A DNA stretch of 64,000 bases from an uncultured virus (IMG/VR IMGVR_UViG_3300028840_007214) (IMGVR_UViG_3300028840_007214), one strand, 5' to 3'. Shown: positions 1 through 13,334, counted from the first letter of the stretch. Notes: generated by a model not told the origin, from the sequence alone. Numbers and translations are program-made.

Positions 1-1
1 A

Positions 2-4147
<4,146 letters not shown>

Positions 4148-4158
4148 TAAGGTGAATC

Positions 4159-4920
4159 ATGGCACGAAGTGTTGTTTTTGTAAATGATAGTGGAACTGAT
4201 TGGATATTAACACGATTTGGTGGACTTGTAGTTCCTGCCACCGATGTTCTTGATGTAACGGCTCTTTTATCAGATACAGAAATTGTTAATGCTATTCAGC
4301 AAGGCTTAAATTCAGAATTTGATGCTTCCCATTATATTCAACGAAATGGTGTAGCTTTATCAGCAGCTGAATCTGCTAATTATGGAGCACAGGGGCAGGC
4401 TGGGGGTATTGCTTATCTTGATTCATCCGCAGAAGTAGATGATACGCAACACGGTAGTCGTAGTGGTGGGGCTCTTCATGCTGACGCTACAGCTGTTGTC
4501 GCTGGCTTTATGACTTCTGCTGAAGAAAGTAAGTTAGCAGGTGTTGCAACTAATGCTGCAAGGATGCACGATTATATTTATGGACGCAGCACTCAAGTTC
4601 CAGGGCATGGAACTTTACAACTTTTAGGTCCTGGAGATACGACAGTAGGCATTCGTATAAATAGAGTTGGAACTCTTACAGGAGCTTCTATTCAAGTTGA
4701 CGTTGTAGACGCTTCAAGAACATTTGACCTTCAAATTCATCAGAATGGGGGTTCAGTTGCAACTGTCTCATTGCCTCTTAGTACTCTTGGAGCTAGTAGA
4801 TCAGATCTTAATATAGCAGTGGCTGTAGGTGATTTAATGCAAGCATTTGTAGTGCGCACTGCTGGTGTTGGAGCTTCAACATTTGCAAACATTCTCGGAA
4901 TGATCGAGGTACAATTCTAA
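4159..4920 (+). CDS. Virion fibre-associated structural protein
   Basis: Contains the tail-fibre-type motif ATAVVAGFMTSAEESKLAGV, shared with the next gene; beta-rich C-terminus; RBS aaggtg. Confidence 0.65.
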   Translation: MARSVVFVNDSGTDWILTRFGGLVVPATDVLDVTALLSDTEIVNAIQQGLNSEFDASHYIQRNGVALSAAESANYGAQGQAGGIAYLDSSAEVDDTQHGSRSGGALHADATAVVAGFMTSAEESKLAGVATNAARMHDYIYGRSTQVPGHGTLQLLGPGDTTVGIRINRVGTLTGASIQVDVVDASRTFDLQIHQNGGSVATVSLPLSTLGASRSDLNIAVAVGDLMQAFVVRTAGVGASTFANILGMIEVQF

Positions 4921-5690
4921 TGAATTTGATTTTAAAATCTTCTACTTCAGCTTTTATGCTTGCAGATGTTGGTGTAATTATAGATGCCTCGCCTACAGGC
5001 TCAGATTTTAGTAACATTCCAGCTCTTATTAAGATGCTTGGGCAATCAACTGAACTTAGACCTCTTGTTGCTGATGGATCAGTTGTTGTAAATGATGGCA
5101 GTACAGATCTTGGTACCACTGATGGTCAACGCTATTTGAATAAGATATGGTTACAGTCAGGACATGATACTGCAGTGCAAATGACCCAGGTTGAAGGAGA
5201 AATTACTGACTCTCAGCACGGTATTCGCGGTGGTGGTACACTTCACGCTGTAGCTACACAATCTGTAACTGGATTTATGTCCACTACAGATAAAACAAAA
5301 TTAGATGGTATAATAGATGGCGCAGTACCTTCAGTACAATGGAGTTTAGGTGATAATAATGGGCCTGGATCAACTGCAGGTACTGGTACACCTACTATTT
5401 TAAGATATGGCGTTTTTGTTGGAACTGATTTTTGGACTCCTGATACTTTTACGGTGCTTGCAGATACTTCTAATGCTTCAAGAACAGTTGCTGTTGATAT
5501 TTATGACATTACTAATGGTTTATTAATGGGAACAATCTCAGGCATTGCTGCGATCACTCCTACACTCTATAGCACATCAACTTTAACTAATCTACCTGCA
5601 ACGACCGCAACCATTGCCCTTAGAGCTTATTATGAAGGTCAATCATCAACAGCTACTGTTTTTGCAGCTTATTTTTATCCAACTGCTTAA
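4920..5690 (+). CDS. Virion fibre-associated structural protein, paralog of 4159..4920
   Basis: Motif QHGIRGGGTLHAVATQSVTGFMSTTDKTKLDGI; translationally coupled (TAATG). Confidence 0.65.
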   Translation: MNLILKSSTSAFMLADVGVIIDASPTGSDFSNIPALIKMLGQSTELRPLVADGSVVVNDGSTDLGTTDGQRYLNKIWLQSGHDTAVQMTQVEGEITDSQHGIRGGGTLHAVATQSVTGFMSTTDKTKLDGIIDGAVPSVQWSLGDNNGPGSTAGTGTPTILRYGVFVGTDFWTPDTFTVLADTSNASRTVAVDIYDITNGLLMGTISGIAAITPTLYSTSTLTNLPATTATIALRAYYEGQSSTATVFAAYFYPTA

Positions 5691-5711
5691 GCTTAGATTT
5701 AAGGTAAAAAG

Positions 5712-6254
5712 ATGGCGAATTTTGAACAAAAAACTAAATATTCATTATATTGCAACAATTGTACTGAAACGCGTTATACTGCTTGGTGTGCAGATTCTGC
5801 AGGCGAACCAACAATTTGCCCTATATGCTCATCGGCCGATATTAAAGATATTGCTCTTGAACAGCAAATAAATAAAGGTGTCTATTCCGGAGAAGCTGAA
5901 GAAGAGTATCAGACAACAAGTTCAACGTGGTTTGAAAGAGTAAACGCGTTAAGACCAGATATGCTGCTTGGTGAAAAGATAAAGGTCTATTGGTATTGCG
6001 AGGTTAAGAAGTACGGCACTGCTAATGCAAAAGCTCAGATAGTGGCATCAGGTATAGAGCACGATGATGATGTTGTTGCAGCATGTAATTGGAATATTTA
6101 TATGTGGCGACCGTTTTCAGGCACAGCGATCTTTGAAGCATCCTACTCGGAGGATGTTACTTTTGGTTTACAGTTTTGTTCACAGACGGCAGGACAGCAA
6201 GTAGGTGTTCGCCGTGCACGGATTTGGCTTGAAGAACTTCCTGAAGGAACTTAG
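5712..6254 (+). CDS. Hypothetical structural-module protein with N-terminal Zn ribbon
   Basis: CNNC...CPIC pair followed by a beta-rich domain; RBS aaggt. Confidence 0.55.
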   Translation: MANFEQKTKYSLYCNNCTETRYTAWCADSAGEPTICPICSSADIKDIALEQQINKGVYSGEAEEEYQTTSSTWFERVNALRPDMLLGEKIKVYWYCEVKKYGTANAKAQIVASGIEHDDDVVAACNWNIYMWRPFSGTAIFEASYSEDVTFGLQFCSQTAGQQVGVRRARIWLEELPEGT

Positions 6255-6256
6255 AC

Positions 6257-7126
6257 ATGGCAGTTACTAAATATACCTATTCGATCTCGACAGACTTTAC
6301 AGGTCTTGTGGCACCCTACACTCGACCCGATCTTGGTGCCCTTACTTACCAGATTCAAACATCATCTATTGTCACAGCACTTAAGAATATTGATACAGTT
6401 GGGGACGCCTGTGATATTTACTTCAATGCCTCTCTTAGCAGTGAGGATGAGACTACTCTTGATGCTATAGTTGCGGCGCACACCGGTGCTCCTTTGACTC
6501 CTGCGTTGCCAATTCAACCAGTTAAAGAGATCGACACTTCTGGGCTTAACCCAGATACCGCAAACACTAAGTTAAAAGGGTATGAGTTTGTAGCTGACGG
6601 TAAGACTGAAGGTGAAGGTGCATGGACAAACTTTGATTTTTCATTCCCGTATGATGTTGACGTTCTTATGGGTGAAGGAATTGCTCCACCCGACGGTGCT
6701 GACGGCGATGAAATGGAGTTTTATGTTGCCCCTGATCTTATTGTTGGGCAGGTGGCCGCAGATGCCTCTTCGGGGCAACCTGATATTTATTTTAATGCGT
6801 CTGCTTTACAGAATCTGAAACCTGGGTTTTTTGTACGTATTGGTGCAGCTACCGATGACCTTCATGAGATAGGTTCTATCGACTATACTACAGGTAAAGT
6901 AACTCTTACTTCAGATCTTGAAGAAGCAAAAACAACAGATGACTATGTTCTTAGAACTATTAAATATTGTGAGAGCATAAGTATGACTCCAGGTGAGGTA
7001 CTTAATCTTGGAGGTCAGACTAGTGGTTCGGTATTTATTCCAGCTAGCACAACTCTCCGCGTACGTTATTATAACACTCAGAGTACTGATACCGATGTGA
7101 CATTTCGAATTATTCTTAAATACTAA
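6257..7126 (+). CDS. Hypothetical virion structural protein
   Basis: 289 aa, acidic, T/D/G-rich, beta-type composition, inside the fibre module. Confidence 0.55.
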   Translation: MAVTKYTYSISTDFTGLVAPYTRPDLGALTYQIQTSSIVTALKNIDTVGDACDIYFNASLSSEDETTLDAIVAAHTGAPLTPALPIQPVKEIDTSGLNPDTANTKLKGYEFVADGKTEGEGAWTNFDFSFPYDVDVLMGEGIAPPDGADGDEMEFYVAPDLIVGQVAADASSGQPDIYFNASALQNLKPGFFVRIGAATDDLHEIGSIDYTTGKVTLTSDLEEAKTTDDYVLRTIKYCESISMTPGEVLNLGGQTSGSVFIPASTTLRVRYYNTQSTDTDVTFRIILKY

Positions 7127-7141
7127 TAGAGGTTACAAATC

Positions 7142-7738
7142 ATGGAAACGCAAAACCTTAAAGGTGTCGTAGGATTTTCTATCTATAAAGGGGGCAATTG
7201 GTTCTTTAGACTTTTAGCTAAAGCAATCCAGTTCTTTACACAGCACAGCAAATGGAGCCATACTTTTGCTTGTTTTATAACTGATCTAGATCTTGGATCT
7301 TATGTAATCGAAGCTGAAGAGCTAGGAGTTACAATTGATTCGTTTGGTAAGTATCAGACAACTGATTATAACTTTGAGCTTTGGCTGCCTCTAGCCCCTG
7401 AAGAAGACATTATCAAAGGCCTTCAAAAAGTAAAAGAGCTTAATGGTAAGAGCTATGGCTATTTTCAGCTCTTAGGCTTTATTCTTGTCTGGTTAGTTAA
7501 GAAGATTTTTAGAAAGAAGGTCAATAACCCAATTAAGGGTGGAATCATTTGTTCTGAACTTGTTCTGATCTATCTACAAACAGTTGGTATAGACAAAGAT
7601 AAATTCTCCGAACTAGACAAAAACACTACATCTCCTGAAGATTTGTATGAAATAATTGATAAATCTGAAAATTTTAAGAAAGTAACTTTGACTCCGCAAG
7701 TTGAGGAGAAAGAAGATGCCCCATCGAGCAGTAGCTAG
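7142..7738 (+). CDS. Permuted papain-like (NlpC/P60, YiiX/YebB-type) amidase/peptidase
   Basis: His before Cys: WSHT ... VIEA ... GKSYGY ... ICSELV ... SPEDL, the typical motif order of permuted NlpC/P60 enzymes. Confidence 0.8.
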   Translation: METQNLKGVVGFSIYKGGNWFFRLLAKAIQFFTQHSKWSHTFACFITDLDLGSYVIEAEELGVTIDSFGKYQTTDYNFELWLPLAPEEDIIKGLQKVKELNGKSYGYFQLLGFILVWLVKKIFRKKVNNPIKGGIICSELVLIYLQTVGIDKDKFSELDKNTTSPEDLYEIIDKSENFKKVTLTPQVEEKEDAPSSSS

Positions 7739-8246
7739 TTTATATGGCGATGGCGCCCCGACAACGCTTACACCTGAATTCGAAGGGCAGATCTATCGAG
7801 ATGAACTTAATAATGAATGTTATATTTCTCGCAGTAAGTCGCAGGGTGATTGGGATAAATTGCTAACCAAAAATAAAACATGGTTACAGTTTGGTGTAGC
7901 TAGTCGTTGCAGCGGTGAAATTGATCTTGAGTATTCAAGTGTGGGTACTTCGCGAATGGGTTTTATTCCGATCAATGATTGCAAGTTAACTAAGATGTGT
8001 CTTCGCGTAAATAAAGCTGACGGGTCGCGTGATTATCAACTTCGCTTCACTCGAGATCCTTCAGGTACTAATCTTCCTCTTGCAACATTAGATCTGAAAA
8101 GTGGAGACCTTTACGAAATCGATGATTCCTATGATGTTTCTCTTTCGAATAGTAGCGATTATGGGCTTTTTCTAAATCGCATTTCAGGTACAGGTGATTC
8201 AGATTTCGAGTATATTATAGCAATGGTCGAAATTCAATTTACGTAG
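7716..8246 (+). CDS. Fibre-associated protein with PEFxGQxYxD N-terminal module
   Basis: ATG at 7716 after gaggag; N-terminus ASLYGDGAPT...PEFEGQIYRD resembles that of 8796..9587. Confidence 0.6.
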   Translation: MPHRAVASLYGDGAPTTLTPEFEGQIYRDELNNECYISRSKSQGDWDKLLTKNKTWLQFGVASRCSGEIDLEYSSVGTSRMGFIPINDCKLTKMCLRVNKADGSRDYQLRFTRDPSGTNLPLATLDLKSGDLYEIDDSYDVSLSNSSDYGLFLNRISGTGDSDFEYIIAMVEIQFT

Positions 8247-8257
8247 GAGTCTATAAA

Positions 8258-8437
8258 ATGGCAGCCCCTTCTTATTGGAAAAGTGACATAATGTTGACTG
8301 GTGCCGAGCCTGTGCTCTTTGATGTTCAGAGAGCTGGTTGGGTTCGCAATGATCGAGGTGTGGGTATCGGCACGGATGGGTCAATTTGGTTTATTAAATA
8401 TGACGGAACGAACATTAAGTCTGTCGAACTCGCTTAG
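8258..8437 (+). CDS. 59-aa protein not in the ORF track; paralog of the C-terminal half of 8450..8785
   Basis: RBS aggag, then MAAPSYWKSDIMLTGAEPVLFDVQRAGWVRNDRGVGIGTDGSIWFIKYDGTNIKSVELA*, which aligns with ...GQDGSIWLVYYSGSFIKSVQLA of the next gene. Confidence 0.8.
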   Translation: MAAPSYWKSDIMLTGAEPVLFDVQRAGWVRNDRGVGIGTDGSIWFIKYDGTNIKSVELA

Positions 8438-8449
8438 TCTGAGGTAAAG

Positions 8450-8785
8450 ATGGCTATTGATGTAAGTCAAAGTGGTTATAACTACCATTTAAATATCCCA
8501 GCAGGATATGATCTTGAAGAATATTGGTCAATTTTATTTTCTGCTGAGGGGACGAATGAGATCAGCTTTAACGAACTTGCACAATATTTGACTTCTGAAT
8601 ATTTCCCGGAAGCGACTCATTGGCGTGAACCTATTACCTATCTTGCAGGTAATGTACCCGATATTACTGATATCTTAAATGCTCAATGGATGCCAAAAGA
8701 CAAAGGTTTCTGTGTTGGGCAAGATGGGTCTATTTGGCTTGTTTATTATAGTGGTTCTTTTATTAAATCTGTGCAGTTAGCTTAG
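8450..8785 (+). CDS. Hypothetical structural-module protein
   Basis: RBS gaggt; C-terminal half paralogous to 8258..8437. Confidence 0.7.
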   Translation: MAIDVSQSGYNYHLNIPAGYDLEEYWSILFSAEGTNEISFNELAQYLTSEYFPEATHWREPITYLAGNVPDITDILNAQWMPKDKGFCVGQDGSIWLVYYSGSFIKSVQLA

Positions 8786-8795
8786 GAGAGGCGAG

Positions 8796-9587
8796 ATGGC
8801 TCATAAGCGTCAGGCAAGTTTGCAAGGCTCTGGAGCACCTACACTTGTGATTCCAGAATTTATTGGTCAAGTTTATTTAGATGTCGTGAATGATCGTTCA
8901 TATATTTCAACTGGATTAGTCGCGGGCGCTTGGGAACAGCTTGGAGTTAATGCTGTTGTAGACCTAGGCGGTTCTGGTGTTAACTATGTACGATTTGATC
9001 AAAATCCTCAGGTTGATGATTATTTTACTGTAGATGGGCGAGTTTATATGTTTGACCCGTCAGGCGGTCCTGCTTATGATGTTGCTATCACGCTTGGAGG
9101 AGATGCTGCAGCATCTCGGGATAATGCACGTGACGCAATTAATGGTGACGCAAGTGCTACAGTCAATGCTCGCGAAGGAGATGGTGACGTTTTACAGTTA
9201 GTTTCTAAAGCTACAGATGCTAGCGGGGCTTTCAATATGTCTGAAGGTTCTGGTGGTCGTTTGGTTTTGGGAAATACTAATGCAAAGAGTGCTCAAGATC
9301 CAGCAGAGCGCAGAATCGCTACTATCCCGTATTGGATTACAAATACAGATGTAGCAACTCTTGCAGCTGGTGGGCAGATTCCGGTATTAGCTTATAGCAA
9401 TGACCCAACATCTCCTACGGTTGGTGCTGCTAATGTTTTGACTTTTTTCGGCGACTTTAAACCGATGACTGCAGCGGTCAATTTTAAAGTTCAACAGTTT
9501 AATGGACAAAGTTGGGTGGTAATGGTTAAAGATTCAGGTGCAGTTTTTGCTAATGGTGATCTTCTCCTCCTCGAGTTATGGGTCTAA
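8796..9587 (+). CDS. Virion structural protein with PEFIGQxYxD N-terminal module
   Basis: RBS ggagagg; G/A/D-rich; N-terminus paralogous to 7716..8246. Confidence 0.6.
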   Translation: MAHKRQASLQGSGAPTLVIPEFIGQVYLDVVNDRSYISTGLVAGAWEQLGVNAVVDLGGSGVNYVRFDQNPQVDDYFTVDGRVYMFDPSGGPAYDVAITLGGDAAASRDNARDAINGDASATVNAREGDGDVLQLVSKATDASGAFNMSEGSGGRLVLGNTNAKSAQDPAERRIATIPYWITNTDVATLAAGGQIPVLAYSNDPTSPTVGAANVLTFFGDFKPMTAAVNFKVQQFNGQSWVVMVKDSGAVFANGDLLLLELWV

Positions 9588-9769
9588 TGCCCGAAACTAT
9601 TTGTTCGGATTGTGGCAAGGTAATACCTCCGGGTGTTGGTTTTTATCTTTATGATGGAGTATCTGACAAAGAAGGGCCTTTTTGTCAGCAATGTGTAGAT
9701 TTAAAAAGGAGATTGCAAGATGAAGAAAGTGGGCGAAGAAGAGGAACCAAGAGAGAAGAGAACACTTAG
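9587..9769 (+). CDS. Small Zn-finger protein
   Basis: CSDC...CQQC; start overlaps the previous stop (TAATG). Confidence 0.55.
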   Translation: MPETICSDCGKVIPPGVGFYLYDGVSDKEGPFCQQCVDLKRRLQDEESGRRRGTKREENT

Positions 9770-10022
9770 CCAGGCAGCCCGAAAGATGATTAACTATGTT
9801 CAGGAGTTTGGCAAAGATCTCGCTCGGGAAGTCTCACGCGATGAGATTTTGGACTTAATAGGTCAACTCGAGACTTGGGAAAAACATCGAGTTCTTCAAG
9901 AAATGAGAAGAGCTGAAATGTCTGAAGATGCAATGGTTTACGGAATGGTCAAAGCAAGTATCAAGAGAGCTTTTGTTGCGAACGAGCTTCGGGCGATTGC
10001 TAAAGAGCTCGAGAAACTTTAG
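9720..10022 (+). CDS. Hypothetical helical protein
   Basis: 100 aa ORF with RBS aggag. Confidence 0.55.
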   Translation: MKKVGEEEEPREKRTLSQAARKMINYVQEFGKDLAREVSRDEILDLIGQLETWEKHRVLQEMRRAEMSEDAMVYGMVKASIKRAFVANELRAIAKELEKL

Positions 10023-10105
10023 AACATTTTGTTATAAATTGTAAGATCTTTCCTGTAAAATGTGTATAACATAAAAACGAATGTGAATTTGAAGGAGCAG
10101 GAAAG

Positions 10106-10285
10106 ATGGCTAAGAAAGAGAAATGGCGCCCTAAAGGGAAGGGTGGGCCTACTCGTGCACGGGTTAAATATAAAGATCGTTATTATTGTTCCTTCTTTTC
10201 GATGAATATTGTTCAAAAAATGACTTTTTGTAAATTAGAGTATAATGATCTTTGTGCTGGTTGTCCTCATAAAGGTGGTGATTAG
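10106..10285 (+). CDS. 59-aa basic four-Cys protein not in the ORF track
   Basis: RBS aaggag, then MAKKEKWRPKGKGGPTRARVKYKDRYYCSFFSMNIVQKMTFCKLEYNDLCAGCPHKGGD*; fills the gap and ends 3 nt before the next ATG. Confidence 0.6.
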   Translation: MAKKEKWRPKGKGGPTRARVKYKDRYYCSFFSMNIVQKMTFCKLEYNDLCAGCPHKGGD

Positions 10286-10288
10286 AAA

Positions 10289-10711
10289 ATGCAAAAACAC
10301 AAAAAAGAAGGGTTCCAAGATTATTCGAAAGATGTAAAAGAGTATGCACCTAAAGGTTATCTTCAACCGTTGTATGATCTTATAGGTAAGCGTATTAGAC
10401 TAAGTTCGTCCACTTCTTCTGGGCAAAAAGGAGCAATCTCACAATTAAGTTCTGTGAGTCAGGACTATGATCGGAATCTTGGTTTTAGTATTTTAGTACT
10501 GCGCTTTGAGAGTGGGTCTAATGTAAATATCCCTCTGCCTTCTGTAGTTGAACGATTAGAGCCCGGCAGAGTGCTTTTAGATTTTAAACGTACAAGCCCT
10601 TTTGATGATGTAGCTAACCCATACCGAAAAATGCGTAGAAATGTCAAAGGCTATGCCTTAGAAGATCAAGGAAATGAGCCGCAGGTTTTAATTGAAGTAG
10701 TTAACGAATAA
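10289..10711 (+). CDS. Hypothetical protein
   Basis: 140 aa ORF, RBS ggtggtg. Confidence 0.55.
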   Translation: MQKHKKEGFQDYSKDVKEYAPKGYLQPLYDLIGKRIRLSSSTSSGQKGAISQLSSVSQDYDRNLGFSILVLRFESGSNVNIPLPSVVERLEPGRVLLDFKRTSPFDDVANPYRKMRRNVKGYALEDQGNEPQVLIEVVNE

Positions 10712-10715
10712 AACA

Positions 10716-11354
10716 ATGTCTGAAGAAAAAGAAGTCATCTCGTTTGAAGACTCTTTGCCTTTGATTGCTAAATCTTTAGAGGCAGCACTCTTTGCGGGCA
10801 TTGGCACTTCATTGATGAATATTTACCGCACTTATTCAGATGATGTTCGAAAGCATTCTCTAGAATATACGCCAGTTTCTTTTGCGACTTTTGTGAAGTG
10901 GATCATAGATAAACCTTACTATTTTACCTTGAATGAAAACAGGCATTTAACGCGCGTATATGAGAGATTAGACGACAATCCTGATGCTGCAACTATTCAG
11001 AAGTTTATTCGTTTTTCGATTATGTGGCAGCTGAATGTTCCAGCGAATCAGAAGATGCCGCTGGGTATCAAATTCGAAAGAGATGACGAACTCAACAATC
11101 TAGAAAAGCTTGATGCCTTCGCACATGAGTTCGATCTTGAAAAAAATTATGAATTTTATGATACGGTCGATGAAAACGAATTGTTGAGAAATCAGATAGA
11201 CGATCTCTATCTTTTGACTGAAGACATCGAAAAATTAGAATCAATTCTGAATTCTTCCTGGGAACTTTTTGGAATAGTTCCTGACGTTACATCACAGTTT
11301 TGGACTAAAATAACCGAGCATATTGAGACGCGTAACGAAAGTAGTAATGCATGA
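10716..11354 (+). CDS. Hypothetical acidic helical protein
   Basis: 212 aa ORF, ATGA-coupled to the next gene. Confidence 0.6.
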   Translation: MSEEKEVISFEDSLPLIAKSLEAALFAGIGTSLMNIYRTYSDDVRKHSLEYTPVSFATFVKWIIDKPYYFTLNENRHLTRVYERLDDNPDAATIQKFIRFSIMWQLNVPANQKMPLGIKFERDDELNNLEKLDAFAHEFDLEKNYEFYDTVDENELLRNQIDDLYLLTEDIEKLESILNSSWELFGIVPDVTSQFWTKITEHIETRNESSNA

Positions 11355-11923
11355 GTTATACTGTAAAATTTAAAATTAAAGTTAATGCCGGCATAAAGGA
11401 GTTATCTGCTACGTATTGCGAATACATCGAGTATTTGGTGGATTTCTTGAAGCCCGAAGATGATGAAAATTTTCAGTTATTTGCAATGCCTTTTTCAAAA
11501 GTGAAGCCAAAGATCAAATATATCTTAAAGCCTTTGAGGCAGAATTTTCAGTTGACTAAACCTTTTTTCAGTTTGGCAGAACGTAGAGCTCTTGCTCTTT
11601 TAAGAGATTTTTGCCGAAAAGAGCATAAGAATCTTGTAAATTATAATGAGGAGGTTAGGTTAGGAAGCGTTCCTACCTTGCCGAAGTTTTCAAATAAATT
11701 AGATCTTAACTCTAAAGTAGCTAAGATAGCTGAGAATGTTCTCAGCATTATTTTTGGCAAGCAAATGATTACACTAGATATAGATTTAGATATCTCACAA
11801 GATTTACAGCCGATTCAAATTGATTTAGAAAAGAATGAATTGCTCCTTTTAGCTCCAGGCGTTCGTAATGCGGGCGGAGCTCAGTCGGGCACTAGGTTTG
11901 TATCAAACCTGTGTCACAGTTAG
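11351..11923 (+). CDS. Hypothetical protein; possible TnpB/Cas12f-like WED+REC lobe lacking RuvC
   Basis: Pattern TVKFKI...LRQNFQL...AERRALA...PTLPKF...beta strands resembles the N-terminal half of IS605 TnpB; no GxD RuvC-I motif. Resemblance judged by eye only. Confidence 0.35.
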   Translation: MSYTVKFKIKVNAGIKELSATYCEYIEYLVDFLKPEDDENFQLFAMPFSKVKPKIKYILKPLRQNFQLTKPFFSLAERRALALLRDFCRKEHKNLVNYNEEVRLGSVPTLPKFSNKLDLNSKVAKIAENVLSIIFGKQMITLDIDLDISQDLQPIQIDLEKNELLLLAPGVRNAGGAQSGTRFVSNLCHS

Positions 11924-11957
11924 TTAATATAGAATATTTCTTCTCTATTAACTAACT
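11851..11957 (+). ncRNA. Putative structured RNA or DNA element of three consecutive hairpins
   Basis: AGCTCC/GGAGCT (11851-11881) with inner GCGTT/AATGC; GGCAC-T-AGGTTTG/CAAACCT-GTGTC (11888-11915); perfect 12-bp AGTTAGTTAATA/TATTAACTAACT (11918-11957). Confidence 0.45.
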
Positions 11958-11982
11958 CACAAAAGAAGAAAAAGGAACGAAG

Positions 11983-12189
11983 ATGGGAAAGCAAAGGAGA
12001 GACAAGATGGTTATGGTAAGTTTAAGCGATGTTTGTCGCGCCTCGTTAGTTCCGTCCGAAGTAAGGCGCGACGTTATTAGTTTAGTTATTGCTTTTAGTC
12101 GAGAGATTGAGGAGCGGGGTCTCACGAAGGAAGAAAAGGAAGGGGTTGTACGCCTTCTTCAAGAGTTCCTAATCGACTCCGCTTCTTAA
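11983..12189 (+). CDS. Hypothetical protein
   Basis: 68 aa ORF with RBS aagga. Confidence 0.5.
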   Translation: MGKQRRDKMVMVSLSDVCRASLVPSEVRRDVISLVIAFSREIEERGLTKEEKEGVVRLLQEFLIDSAS

Positions 12190-12197
12190 CAAGAAAG

Positions 12198-12476
12198 ATG
12201 AAAGATCCAGGATCTAACAAGGCAATCTCTAAAATGTTAGACGAAATTTCTGGTTATCTTTCACGCAAAGATGAGAATGTGCATAAAGCAAGAGCATATA
12301 AGCGGGCAGCCTTAATTGTCAAATTACTGCCCTATGACCTCATATTTATGGAGCAACTTGATTCAATTAAAGGGATAGGTTCATCACTCGCGCACACCAT
12401 TGAGATAATGCTTGCGACGGGTACTTGCCCTTTACTTGAAAAGCTTCGGAGAGAATTTGGAGGGAAGGCGCTGTAA
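12198..12476 (+). CDS. Stand-alone DNA polymerase X N-terminal 8-kDa helix-hairpin-helix domain
   Basis: NKAISKMLDEI...ENVHKARAYKRAA...IKGIGSSLA...TGTCPLLEKLR matches the PolX/Pol beta N-terminus. Confidence 0.85.
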   Translation: MKDPGSNKAISKMLDEISGYLSRKDENVHKARAYKRAALIVKLLPYDLIFMEQLDSIKGIGSSLAHTIEIMLATGTCPLLEKLRREFGGKAL

Positions 12477-12971
12477 ATGAATGCACTAACTGTAGAATTC
12501 ACCGTGTATGTGAGAAAGCTTGCTCGATCTGACTTGCGTTTGCATCTCTTGAGAACTTCAAAAAATTCTTCAGACGTGCAGAATCTCTTAGAGTTTGAGA
12601 AGGGATACCATCAAAAATTACAGGAACCGGTGATCAATCTTAGCAAGCAGATTGATGGTGCTGAAGCAATTGCGTTAAAAATCTTCAAACAAGAAACAGC
12701 ACGCAGGCTTAAGATGTATAAGCGGGATATGAATTTCTCATGTCCTGACTGTATCAATCTGCTTGAAGAAGGAGATACCTTTACTTGTTCTAAAGGTATC
12801 GATCCAGCCACTGTGCTCGAGTGTCCAGAGTTTTCAAGGGAAGGAACAACAACTTGGGCACAACATGTTAATAATCAAAAAGAGAAGGCTGAAATTTTGG
12901 AAAAGGTTTTAGAAGAAAACTCCTACCTATTTGACTTTAAACTTCTAAACTCTTCAGCAAAAGATGATTGA
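12477..12971 (+). CDS. Hypothetical four-Cys protein
   Basis: CPDC...CSKG...CPEF. Confidence 0.55.
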   Translation: MNALTVEFTVYVRKLARSDLRLHLLRTSKNSSDVQNLLEFEKGYHQKLQEPVINLSKQIDGAEAIALKIFKQETARRLKMYKRDMNFSCPDCINLLEEGDTFTCSKGIDPATVLECPEFSREGTTTWAQHVNNQKEKAEILEKVLEENSYLFDFKLLNSSAKDD

Positions 12972-13317
12972 TCCTAAATGGCAGCTTTGTAGTTACCTTT
13001 GCCTCAATAAGAACCAAAAACCTCATCTAGAAGATCTGGAATGGTTTTGCCTAAACTTTGATGTTCCTGCTAAAGTTGCTGAAAATCTTAATGATTTTAA
13101 GACGTATTGCGAATTCTGTAAAATGTTAGACAGACATGCATTTTTATTTTGTAAGGGTTATACAGGCCCGGGGGCCGTGATCCTCACTTGTCTAACATGC
13201 GAAAATCATGACGGTAAAGAGTGTACAGTACTCTTTGAGATTCTAGGCGAAGAAGCCAGAAGATTAGCCGCACAAGATAGGCATAAATTGATCACGGAAC
13301 CTCCGAGCCAAAACTAA
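12964..13317 (+). CDS. Hypothetical Cys-rich protein
   Basis: 117 aa with CEFC, CLTC and further Cys. Confidence 0.55.
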   Translation: MIDPKWQLCSYLCLNKNQKPHLEDLEWFCLNFDVPAKVAENLNDFKTYCEFCKMLDRHAFLFCKGYTGPGAVILTCLTCENHDGKECTVLFEILGEEARRLAAQDRHKLITEPPSQN

Positions 13318-13334
13318 GCTCATTGGAGGTTCAG

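Noticed and set aside
10022..10105. Sigma-70 promoter candidates (TATAAC, TAAAAT; similar hexamers near 22680, 39081 and 62572)
   Set aside because: -10-like hexamers are common in this AT-rich DNA and I could not pair them with convincing -35 elements.
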